From positions 1,344,001 through 1,408,000 of the forward strand of contig OY729416.1 of assembly GCA_963422265.1 (NCBI GenBank): a DNA stretch of 64,000 nucleotides, given 5' to 3'. The stretch's first letter is position 1. The number at the start of each line of letters is the position of its first letter. Shown here piece after piece: positions 54,363 through 64,000 of the stretch. The position numbers and the translations under genes were made by a program. Origin of the DNA: Thermodesulfobacteriota bacterium. GTDB taxonomy: Bacteria; Desulfobacterota_D; UBA1144; Nemesobacterales; UBA2774. A model generated the notes under the pieces. That model saw nothing but the letters and a program-made list of their open reading frames with translations, was not told the origin of the DNA and did not search any database.

Positions 54363-54989
54363 ATGGAAGTCCTAAGGATTCACATAACGGGTTGGGTTGC
54401 TTCATTTCGCAACCCTTTATTTGTAAGTGGGTATCAGCCTACTTTATCTGTTCCACCAGTTTCGACCGTTTACGGTTTAATCTCGGCAGCTTACGGAGAC
54501 TACATAACTCCTGGCCGAGCAAACATAGGGTATGTTTTTCACAGTGAAGGTAGAGCAGTTGATTTGGAAACCATATATGAATTTGGGGGAGGTTTAGATG
54601 CAAAGCCCAACATCATAAAACGTGAATTTCTCTTATCACCGCATCTATATATCTATACCCCAGATATATGGTTGAAAGAAGTATTTGAGGAACCTCATTA
54701 TCCTTTACTATTGGGTCGTTCCACAGAACTTGCAACAGTTGAATCAATAGAAAAGATCGTATTAAAAAAAGTAACCGAAACAAATTATTGTGGCACCCTG
54801 ATACCATTTCCAAATGACCAAATATCTGGGACTTTGCATGCTCTTCCAACTCACTTTACTCAAGACCAACCTCGTCGTCCCCAGGGTATTCGTGCTTTTC
54901 TTGCTGTTACAAAAAGAAATGGTTACGTAGGGGATGCATGGGAAGATAATGATAAGGGGTGGGGTGTTTATTTTTATGGGAAAGGATAG
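54363..54989 (+). CDS. cas5: Cas5b
   Basis: ASFRNP...PPVSTVYGLISAA and LLGR. Confidence 0.92.
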   Translation: MEVLRIHITGWVASFRNPLFVSGYQPTLSVPPVSTVYGLISAAYGDYITPGRANIGYVFHSEGRAVDLETIYEFGGGLDAKPNIIKREFLLSPHLYIYTPDIWLKEVFEEPHYPLLLGRSTELATVESIEKIVLKKVTETNYCGTLIPFPNDQISGTLHALPTHFTQDQPRRPQGIRAFLAVTKRNGYVGDAWEDNDKGWGVYFYGKG

Positions 54990-57231
54990 CTCCGAACCTA
55001 TTCTTGCTAAAAGTGAACCTAAAGAAAGTTTATTAGATCATACCAAGAACTGCATTGAAGTCTATTTGAGCATTAGAGATAGAATGCCGTTCTTGGGAGA
55101 CACATCTGGAAATTCTGATTTCTTTGAACATTTGTATTATGCAGTTGCTTTGCATGATCTAGGAAAAGCCGCAGAAGGTTTTCAGGATCAGCTTAAACCT
55201 AACGGTAGAAGATGGAATTATAGACATGAAATACTATCAGCTGGATTCACAGTTGGAGTGCAGTTGCCAGATATAGCTAAACAGGCAATTGGGCTGTCAG
55301 TCCTTACACACCATAAAGATATTAAAACTCTTAGGAGTAATTATCCATGCTTTCCAGAAAGGAACCCAGGCTTTGCAACTTATCAGAAAAAAGTGAAAGA
55401 AATGAAAGCAAATTGGGAACAAATAATTCAAATTCAAAACTACATAATAAAGATGTGTCCTGAGAACGAATGCCGATTTGAGCCTGTTGAAGATACTGGT
55501 GAAGTAATAAATGCTTACGAAAGTTATCTCTTGCCCTATTATAAGAATATTGAAAACGGGGACTCTACCGACTTACGGAACAACTATGGAATGCTTATGC
55601 GTGGGTGTTTAATTGCATGCGATCATCTGGCTTCGGATAGTTCGGGAGAAAATAAAATAATCTGTGCTTTAGAAAATTTAGATGGAGCTTTAAAAAGTAA
55701 TATTAGGGATAGGAACATAAAATGGAATAGCGTGCAAAAATCCTCTATGGATACTCATGGCAATTTAATGCTTTCTGCTCCTACGGGGTCGGGGAAAACA
55801 GAAGCATCTATGTTATGGAGTAGCATTAATCAGAATAAGACAAATGGTAAGAGAGTATTTTACGTATTGCCTTATACCGCTAGCATAAATGCAATGTATA
55901 AGAGATTGAAAGGAGTATTAACAGGTGAGAGAGTGTGTATGTTGCACGGCAAAGCATCTTACTTTCATTATAGATCTCTTGCTAATTGGGAAGATGATTA
56001 TTTCACAAGGCAAACTACTGTCAAAAAAATACAGAGCTTATCTCGAAAGATATACAGACCATACAAGGTATTAACACCATTCCAATTACTTAAATCTTTT
56101 TTTGGCATCAAGGGTTTTGAAATGCAGTTTGCTGAGATGTCAAATGGATTGTTCATCTTTGATGAAATTCACGCTTACGATGAGCATACCACCGCATTGA
56201 TAATAAAGATGATTGAGAAATTATATAAAGACTACAATGCAAAAATTTGTGTTATGACTGCCACTATGCCTAAATTTCTCAAAGATAAGATTGAAGATGT
56301 TTTTTGTAGAGCGGACTATAATGACGTGGCAATGCCATCAGATGAGAGGAATAAATCATATACGCGTCATAAGGTTAAGATGTTGGGTGATAATATGCTT
56401 GGAGTAATCCCACATATAAAAGAGGAATTAGAGCGCGGCAGAAAAGTAATGGTTGTGTGCAATACGGTAAAGAAGTCACAAGAAGTTTATAAAGAGTTAC
56501 AAGATGACAAGACCAAGTCCGTGCTTATACACAGCAGATTTATTCTGAAGGACAGAGAACGAATAGAGGCCAATTTGAAAGATGTTGATTTAATTGTGGG
56601 GACTCAAGCCGTTGAAGTTTCGCTTGATATTGACTTTGATGTTTTATTTACAGAGCCGGCGCCGTTGGATTCTCTAATTCAAAGGTTTGGCAGGATCAAT
56701 CGTAAGAACAAAAAAGGTATTTGTAATGTATTTATTTGTAAAATAGGGGGTAAAAGTGATAGATATATCTATTCACAGAAAATTGTTGATAAGACAGTTG
56801 AGGTGCTTGTAAATATTGATATTTTATATGAGTCTGAAATACAAGGCTTGATAGACACCGTATATGGTCAAGGGTATACAGAGGTTCAGGAAGAGAAATA
56901 TAATTATATAAGAGATACTTTTGAAACACATTTAAACTCTTTAAATCCATTCATTGAAAATCCCGAAAGTGAGCAAGAGTTTGAAGGATTATTTAAGAGT
57001 GTTGAAGTTGTTCCTGAGCAATTTCAGAATGAGTATTTAGAATGCGTTGATCAGAAAAAATATTATGAATCTATGTCTTATATAACTCAAATATCTCAAC
57101 GACGATTCCAGAGATTAAAGAAGGAAAAGTTGATCAATATTATTGATGGAAACTGTATTGTTAATGTTGGATATGATGAAAAACTCGGATTATTGGTTGA
57201 AAAGGAAAATCATCCGTATAAGGAATTCTAA
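54976..57231 (+). CDS. cas3: Cas3 HD nuclease-helicase
   Basis: HDLGK, APTGSGKTE, DEIH, QRFGRINR. Confidence 0.96.
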   Translation: MGKDSSEPILAKSEPKESLLDHTKNCIEVYLSIRDRMPFLGDTSGNSDFFEHLYYAVALHDLGKAAEGFQDQLKPNGRRWNYRHEILSAGFTVGVQLPDIAKQAIGLSVLTHHKDIKTLRSNYPCFPERNPGFATYQKKVKEMKANWEQIIQIQNYIIKMCPENECRFEPVEDTGEVINAYESYLLPYYKNIENGDSTDLRNNYGMLMRGCLIACDHLASDSSGENKIICALENLDGALKSNIRDRNIKWNSVQKSSMDTHGNLMLSAPTGSGKTEASMLWSSINQNKTNGKRVFYVLPYTASINAMYKRLKGVLTGERVCMLHGKASYFHYRSLANWEDDYFTRQTTVKKIQSLSRKIYRPYKVLTPFQLLKSFFGIKGFEMQFAEMSNGLFIFDEIHAYDEHTTALIIKMIEKLYKDYNAKICVMTATMPKFLKDKIEDVFCRADYNDVAMPSDERNKSYTRHKVKMLGDNMLGVIPHIKEELERGRKVMVVCNTVKKSQEVYKELQDDKTKSVLIHSRFILKDRERIEANLKDVDLIVGTQAVEVSLDIDFDVLFTEPAPLDSLIQRFGRINRKNKKGICNVFICKIGGKSDRYIYSQKIVDKTVEVLVNIDILYESEIQGLIDTVYGQGYTEVQEEKYNYIRDTFETHLNSLNPFIENPESEQEFEGLFKSVEVVPEQFQNEYLECVDQKKYYESMSYITQISQRRFQRLKKEKLINIIDGNCIVNVGYDEKLGLLVEKENHPYKEF

Positions 57232-57732
57232 GTGAATGAGGTAGCAATTACTGGAAATATAGTCCAATACTATTTCATTTGTAAGAGGAAAATATGGCTT
57301 AGTTCAAGACAAATATCGCCTGACCAAGATAATGCCCACTTAGAATTAGGCAGATTCATAAGCGAAACCACGTATAAAAGAAATAAAAAAGAGATTAGAT
57401 TAGAAAACATTATCGTTGACCTTTCAAAACTTGATAGTGAAAAGGTGGTTGTCGGAGAAGTAAAAAAAAGCTCCAAAGCTTCGGAAGCAGCTAGGATGCA
57501 GCTTGCGTTTTATCTTTACACCCTAAGAGAATATGGGATAGATGCTGAAGGCGAGCTTCTTTTTCCAAAGGAGAAGAAAAAGGAAAAGGTGCTTTTAGAT
57601 GAAGGGCTTACACAGAAACTTGAAAATGCAATTGAGGAGATAAAAACCATCGCAGCAGGAGATGTGCCACCGCCTGCGGTTAAAATCAGATATTGCACGA
57701 ACTGCGCCTACAGGGAGTTTTGCTGGAGCTAG
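57232..57732 (+). CDS. cas4: Cas4
   Basis: CKRKIW, D...EVKK, CxxCAYREFC. Confidence 0.95.
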   Translation: MNEVAITGNIVQYYFICKRKIWLSSRQISPDQDNAHLELGRFISETTYKRNKKEIRLENIIVDLSKLDSEKVVVGEVKKSSKASEAARMQLAFYLYTLREYGIDAEGELLFPKEKKKEKVLLDEGLTQKLENAIEEIKTIAAGDVPPPAVKIRYCTNCAYREFCWS

Positions 57733-57769
57733 TTTGGACTTTAGTGGAATAATCGTTCAACAACTTTAT

Positions 57770-57960
57770 CTTTACTCACTCCTCTCTTACTATATGCAAT
57801 CGTACTAAAGAAGGAGCGGACTCATCGGAATCATAATGATACTTTAGAGCATCTTTTATATTACTTCTTAGCTTCTTCAAGAGTGTCACCTTCGGTAAAT
57901 ATAGAATAACCAAGTGCTCTTGCCGTATATCCACCTTCTGGATCATCTTCTACCATAAAC
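57770..57960 (-). pseudogene. HicB-like antitoxin remnant
   Basis: Minus strand reads MVEDDPEGGYTARALGYSIFTEGDTLEEAKK, then after a frameshift NIKDALKYHYD...VRLHIVREE. Confidence 0.65.
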
Positions 57961-58017
57961 TACCTTACAATTCCGGTGCTTTTGCAAAGTTGATATCTAT
58001 ACGCCATATTATAGTTT

Positions 58018-58400
58018 ATGAGAAGAACCCAGCTTTATTTGAAAGAAGAGCAGTGCGATTATCTGTTAAAAGAGTCCCTTAATAAATGGAAAAACATTGC
58101 GGGGATTATAAGAGAATTGATAGACGTTAGTATCTCTTCAGAACGGAATAAATTGGGGCGCAGATCTTTCTGGAACGTCTGCGAAGACGGCTTTTTAACC
58201 GGGATCAAAAACGGATCAGTTTCTCATGACAAGTTTATATATATAAATCTAAATTGGATATTGATGAATAGCAAGAGAGTTTTTATTGATACAAGTGCGT
58301 TTATTGCATTAACCCGATCGCACAAATTTTTCAATTTACAATAGATTAAGAATAAGAGAAGTTTTCGCATTTGATGTGCATTTTACCAGTTTGGCAAGTT
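58018..58400 (+). pseudogene. VapBC-like remnant: RHH/CopG antitoxin fused to an internally deleted PIN toxin
   Basis: MRRTQLYL (RHH) reads into MNSKRVFIDTSAFIAL (PIN start, 58264); a PIN-like tail EVFAFDVHF follows within ~100 bp. Confidence 0.6.
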
Positions 58401-58437
58401 AAAAATCATTGATAATTATACTAAGAATAGCTAGCAG

Positions 58438-59439
58438 ATGGCTAATAGAATATTTATTTTCAGCAACGGGGAACTAAAGAGAAAGCAGAACACACTTTTC
58501 TTTGAGAATGGGGATGGCGAGAAAAAGTATATTCCCGTTGAAACTACTCAGGAGTTGATGGTGTTCGGGGAGGTAAGTCTTAATAAAAAGTTTCTGGATT
58601 TCGCTTCACAGAACCAGATGATCCTTCACTTCTTTAACTATTACGGCTATTACTCAGGAAGCTACTATCCGAGGGAACACCTAAACTCGGGACACATGAT
58701 CCTAAGGCAGGCGGAAGCTTACCTTGGTACGGATAGAAGAATAGGGATTGCGCGAAAGATTGTTCAAGGTGCAGTCCGGAATATTCTTAAAGTTATTGAT
58801 TACTACGTAAGAAGAAAAGAGGATGAACAAGTTAGAGAAGTAAGGTTTCAAATAGATGACCTTTATGCAAAAATTGCTGATCAGGATTCGACAGACACGC
58901 TGATGGCTATTGAGGGAAATATAAGAGACAGATACTACTCTGCCTTTGACAAGATTGTTGAAAACGACACTTTTAAATTTGAAAGTAGGACGAGACGCCC
59001 TCCCAAAAATAGGATGAATGCTTTAATCAGTTTTGGAAATTCACTCCTTTATACAACCGTGCTTAGCGAAATTTATAAAACTCACCTTGATCCTCGTATC
59101 GGTTTTCTTCACACGACCAATTTCAGAAGGTTTAGTTTGAACCTTGACATAGCAGAGATATTTAAGCCCGTGCTCGTTGATAGAATGCTGTTTTCCTTGA
59201 TAAACAAAGGCGAGCTGAAGGCTAAACATTTTGAGAAGAGGATGGGAGGAGTGGTTATGAATGAGAGTGGAATGAAGATTTTTTCAAAGGAATTTGAAGA
59301 GAGGCTTCAAAGAACCGTGAAACACAGAAAGATTGGCAAGCCCGTATCAAACAGAAGGCTCATGAGGCTTGAGCTTTATAAGCTGGAAAAGCACCTGATC
59401 GGCGAAGAAGAATATAAGCCCTTTGTATGGGAGTGGTAA
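58438..59439 (+). CDS. cas1: Cas1 (type I-B)
   Basis: RRPPKNRMNALISFGN, GFLH, DIAEIFKP. Confidence 0.97.
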   Translation: MANRIFIFSNGELKRKQNTLFFENGDGEKKYIPVETTQELMVFGEVSLNKKFLDFASQNQMILHFFNYYGYYSGSYYPREHLNSGHMILRQAEAYLGTDRRIGIARKIVQGAVRNILKVIDYYVRRKEDEQVREVRFQIDDLYAKIADQDSTDTLMAIEGNIRDRYYSAFDKIVENDTFKFESRTRRPPKNRMNALISFGNSLLYTTVLSEIYKTHLDPRIGFLHTTNFRRFSLNLDIAEIFKPVLVDRMLFSLINKGELKAKHFEKRMGGVVMNESGMKIFSKEFEERLQRTVKHRKIGKPVSNRRLMRLELYKLEKHLIGEEEYKPFVWEW

Positions 59440-59443
59440 AGCA

Positions 59444-59707
59444 ATGTTCGTGATACTTGTTTATGATGTGGGGCAGAAGAGGGTCGCCAAAGTTTTAAGG
59501 ACTAGCAGAAAGTATCTTAACTGGGTTCAAAACTCGGTTTTGGAAGGAGAGCTTACAAAAGCGCAATACGAAACCTTAAAGTTCGAATTAAATGGTATAA
59601 TAAAAGAGAAGTATGATTCTCTTATCTTTTATACTTTTAGAACGAGGAAGTATTCTCTAAGGGAGTTAATTGGGGTTCAAAAAGGTGGAGAAGAGGTATT
59701 TATCTAA
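59444..59707 (+). CDS. cas2: Cas2
   Basis: MFVILVYDV...WVQNSVLEG. Confidence 0.96.
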   Translation: MFVILVYDVGQKRVAKVLRTSRKYLNWVQNSVLEGELTKAQYETLKFELNGIIKEKYDSLIFYTFRTRKYSLRELIGVQKGGEEVFI

Positions 59708-59896
59708 GGTTTGAGTTTGCTTCGGTATCTTCAGTCTATGTGTAATAAAGTAAAAATGGCGGTTCTTTGACTGAATGCTACTTTTTATATATGTTAAATG
59801 ATTTGAGGCTGTTGTAACTCGTGTCGATTTTAATTAGAGGATCATTATACCGCTCTTTGAAAACTAAATATTCAATAGTTTCAGTGGATGGGATGC
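59708..59896 (+). promoter_or_regulatory. CRISPR leader
   Basis: AT-rich non-coding stretch between cas2 and the first repeat. Confidence 0.75.
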
Positions 59897-62800
59897 CTTT
59901 TTTGACTACCTATAAGGGATTGAAACAGCGTAAACTTAGATCACTTTTCAAAGCCATTTTCAACTTTTTTGACTACCTATAAGGGATTGAAACCTGTGCA
60001 TCTGTAATTTACCTCCATTTTACAACCTCCTTTCTTTTTTGACTACCTATAAGGGATTGAAACATCACTAAAATTTGGCATCTCGCCTCCTTATGGCGGC
60101 TTTTTTGACTACCTATAAGGGATTGAAACTCCCCTTCCCGGATCGCCTCGCCGTAGCCGTCCCCGACTTTTTTGACTACCTATAAGGGATTGAAACTTGT
60201 CGATCTTCAGGGGAGCGTAGCAGTTCGTTCTCCCTTTTTTGACTACCTATAAGGGATTGAAACTTGCCATTGCGGTACGCTCCCCCATAGCCGTCCCCTC
60301 TTTTTTGACTACCTATAAGGGATTGAAACTCGAAAATATCCCCCGCTCCTAAATTACGGGTACCTTCTTTTTTGACTACCTATAAGGGATTGAAACCTGC
60401 CTTCACGGCGCGCACTACAGGCGCCGCCGCCAACTTTTTTGACTACCTATAAGGGATTGAAACTAGAGATTTTGCTCGGGTCGAAAGAATCGGGGGTTGC
60501 TTTTTTGACTACCTATAAGGGATTGAAACGTAATTCGCATAATACAACCTCCTAGTAATTTGATTGCTTTTTTGACTACCTATAAGGGATTGAAACTGAT
60601 GGTGGCAGCGTCGAAAGAAGAAATTGAAAGTGACTTTTTTGACTACCTATAAGGGATTGAAACGCATAAGGAGGTAGGACATGAAAGATATCAGAGGATA
60701 TCTTTTTTGACTACCTATAAGGGATTGAAACACTCTCCCGTATGTCCAGGCCACGAGAGCGAGCCGTCCTTTTTTGACTACCTATAAGGGATTGAAACTT
60801 GCCATTGCGGTACGCTCCCCCATAGCCGTCCCCTGCTTTTTTGACTACCTATAAGGGATTGAAACTTGTCCTGTGCCTCGTCCAACAGAGAGTAAACCCA
60901 GTCCTTTTTTGACTACCTATAAGGGATTGAAACCTCGTAATCTCGCTCTGCCTTTTCTAGAGCATCGCCCCTTTTTTGACTACCTATAAGGGATTGAAAC
61001 AGTTGAAATGAATTCTAAATGTTCGAATCCAGTCATTCTTTTTTGACTACCTATAAGGGATTGAAACTAGAGGTGGACTACCTCTACGATGAAATTGAAG
61101 AAGACTTTTTTGACTACCTATAAGGGATTGAAACGTTGTCGTTCGCCTCGTCCAACAGGGCGTAAACCCAGCTTTTTTGACTACCTATAAGGGATTGAAA
61201 CTGATTGGACTTAACCCTACACACTTCTCGGGTCACCTTTTTTGACTACCTATAAGGGATTGAAACTGAAGATCGACAATGGCTGTGGGAAGAGGCAATC
61301 GCCTTTTTTGACTACCTATAAGGGATTGAAACTAAAAATAATGATTAAGCCAATCTTCACAATCGCCAACTTTTTTGACTACCTATAAGGGATTGAAACA
61401 GACAATTCCCTCGTACCTATCTCTGCGGAGTAGTTTACTTTTTTGACTACCTATAAGGGATTGAAACAATAGTATAAAGTATACTATCTACATATCAAAC
61501 AAGACTTCTTTGACTACCTATAAGGGATTGAAACCCGTTTTTGCTTCGTTTTTCTCACAGGGGCGTTCATGGCTTCTTTGACTACCTATAAGGGATTGAA
61601 ACTCCCCGATGTGCCACGCGTGCCCGTCGCCGTCCCCCTCCTTCTTTGACTACCTATAAGGGATTGAAACACATTGAATCAGCATAAGAAGGATTAGCCT
61701 TGTCCACTTCTTTGACTACCTATAAGGGATTGAAACTCTCAAGTCTCTTGTTACGACTGGTCGTGTTCGGAAGCTTCTTTGACTACCTATAAGGGATTGA
61801 AACAACAATAGAATAGTTAATAAAATGATTATAATCATAACTTCTTTGACTACCTATAAGGGATTGAAACTGCGATACGAGTTTCCTTTGCCTTCGCCAT
61901 CATGGCCTTCTTTGACTACCTATAAGGGATTGAAACTCAAGAACAATTTTTTTATTTCTGATCCCATCAGGGACTTCTTTGACTACCTATAAGGGATTGA
62001 AACCGATTCTACCCTCAGAATCGCGATAGGTTTGATGCGGCTTCTTTGACTACCTATAAGGGATTGAAACTGTTCTTTCCTCCTTATGCGGGCGGTTTAT
62101 ACGCCCCTTCTTTGACTACCTATAAGGGATTGAAACTATTTCTAATGGGTACGGGATCCTCGGGGAGGCAAGCTTCTTTGACTACCTATAAGGGATTGAA
62201 ACTGCCTTCTTCTGCTGCAGGTAGCCCTGTAGTTTGGCCCTTCTTTGACTACCTATAAGGGATTGAAACCCTTGTGCCAAAACGCAGTTTTCATATTGTG
62301 TCCGTCTTCTTTGACTACCTATAAGGGATTGAAACATCGGCACTTTGAGAGAAGAAGATCGACAAGCGTTAGCTTCTTTGACTACCTATAAGGGATTGAA
62401 ACTAGAAAAGGATTGTGCTCGTATAGATAAACTACTTCCTTCTTTGACTACCTATAAGGGATTGAAACTGGGAACGGACTTTGTGAAAAGAGCTCAAGGC
62501 GGGACTTCTTTGACTACCTATAAGGGATTGAAACCGTCGTCGATCAACTCGTTCAACAGCGCGTAAACCGCCTTCTTTGACTACCTATAAGGGATTGAAA
62601 CGCGCCCATATGACCTATACCGGTCTGAAGTCCACGAGCTTCTTTGACTACCTATAAGGGATTGAAACTGATTCTTCAGATCCCAGTAAAATTTCTACAG
62701 GTTGGCTTCTTTGACTACCTATAAGGGATTGAAACCCCGTAACGGCGGCGGGGCGTAATTGGTAATTTTACTTCTTTGACTACCTATAAGGGATTGAAAC

Positions 62801-63733
62801 GCATAGGAGGAAAGAAATAGGAGGTAATAAAATGTATCTTCTTTGACTACCTATAAGGGATTGAAACCATTGTGCCAAAACGCAGTTTTCCAATTCTGCC
62901 CGTCCCTTCTTTGACTACCTATAAGGGATTGAAACCCCGTAACGGCGGCGGGGCGTAATTGGTAATTTTACTTCTTTGACTACCTATAAGGGATTGAAAC
63001 CTCTACAAAATAGTACGATTTGAAGAAGGTTCCACATTCTTCTTTGACTACCTATAAGGGATTGAAACTTGCAAGGAAAGCTCAAACGGGTGTCTGGATT
63101 AGGGCTTCTTTGACTACCTATAAGGGATTGAAACGTCGTGTTCGTGATAGAATCCAGAAAGTAGAGCAATCCTTCTTTGACTACCTATAAGGGATTGAAA
63201 CACGTAGAAACTGGCAGCCAGCCATATGAAACCGCCGCCTTCTTTGACTACCTATAAGGGATTGAAACTGCGATACGAGTTTCCTTTTCCTTTGCCATCG
63301 TGGCACTTCTTTGACTACCTATAAGGGATTGAAACTGGAAATGTTATCTTAAGATGCCTGGAGTGGTTCATTCTTCTTTGACTACCTATAAGGGATTGAA
63401 ACTCCGAAAAACAGGTATCCACACATTTTCCATCTTCTCCTTCTTTGACTACCTATAAGGGATTGAAACTGAGCAAAGTCATAGACGAAGCAGGCGACAA
63501 GTCAACTTCTTTGACTACCTATAAGGGATTGAAACTGGAAATGTTATCTCAAAATGCCTGGCGTTGTTCATCTTCTTTGACTACCTATAAGGGATTGAAA
63601 CGCGCGAACTCCCGGAACATCTGTCTGACTTTGTCGCTTCTTTGACTACCTATAAGGGATTGAAACGCAGGATCGAGTAGCCTTAGAATCATATGTTGCG
63701 ATTCTTCTTTGACTACCTATAAGGGATTGAAAC
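59897..63733 (+). CRISPR. Type I-B CRISPR array, 58 repeats of 30 bp and 57 spacers of about 35-40 bp
   Basis: Repeat CTT(T/C)TTTGACTACCTATAAGGGATTGAAAC, counted by hand; ATTGAAAC 3' end; probable extra spacer and degenerate repeat out to ~63790. Confidence 0.98.
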
Positions 63734-64000
63734 CGCACTGAGGTAGTGGTAGTGGCGCGTGCGGGGGGTTGGGTAATACCTACGAAGCGGCCTCTGAGCC
63801 TTTGGAAAGAGCCATAATGATGAGAAAAGCGACGCTGACTTCCTCTGGACGAGAGATAAATAAGGCTGTAAGGTGTAAAGGGGATAGCATTTATCCGGCG
63901 ATAGTAGATCAATGCTCTGGTTGGGGTGGATTTTGAGGACAGAAATCCTGACGAGGGAAAAATTTTTTATTTCGCTTGCCGCAATTAGGATTTTCGGTCA

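Noticed and set aside
59897-63733. Self-targeting by main-array spacers within this window
   Set aside because: No match noticed by eye; an exhaustive alignment was not possible.
62046-63912. ORFs with recurring LTTYKGLK or FQSLIGSQR peptides
   Set aside because: These are translations of the CRISPR repeat, not genes.
1-64000. tRNA or rRNA genes
   Set aside because: No cloverleaf or rRNA-like sequence recognised in the intergenic regions.

Overview
Bacterial chromosomal window, mostly intact housekeeping genes (ilvE, argC, iscS-like, trkA, lgt, rpmH-rnpA-yidD-yidC-jag, tadA, trpEG, pmm, lepA, sigma70, sod, sufBCD, RND pump, HU, coaBC), with three accessory regions. (1) 18.1-28.1 kb: a type III restriction-modification locus whose mod and res genes each carry a frameshift. 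Between them lie two tandem ~2.5 kb units of the form [mod 3' end - cargo - res 5' end], joined at a short mod/res microhomology that creates a res/mod chimeric ORF. The cargoes are an OLD-like ATPase-TOPRIM gene and an ATPase plus an uncharacterised putative nuclease. (2) 40.6-43.0 kb: a GC-rich decayed gene of the N,N-dimethylformamidase beta-subunit family. (3) 50.7-63.8 kb: a complete type I-B CRISPR-Cas system with a 58-repeat array. Between cas6 and cas8 sits an unannotated mini-array (degenerate repeat, 21-nt spacer, degenerate repeat). Its spacer matches, except at position 12, a site 93 bp downstream that abuts a sigma70-like promoter in front of a mini-ORF and the cas8 operon, i.e. 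a CreR/CreTA-like RNA regulator. Overlapping spacers suggest a CCN PAM and repeated targeting of one variable invader family. All calls come from reading the sequence and recognising motifs; no database searches were run.
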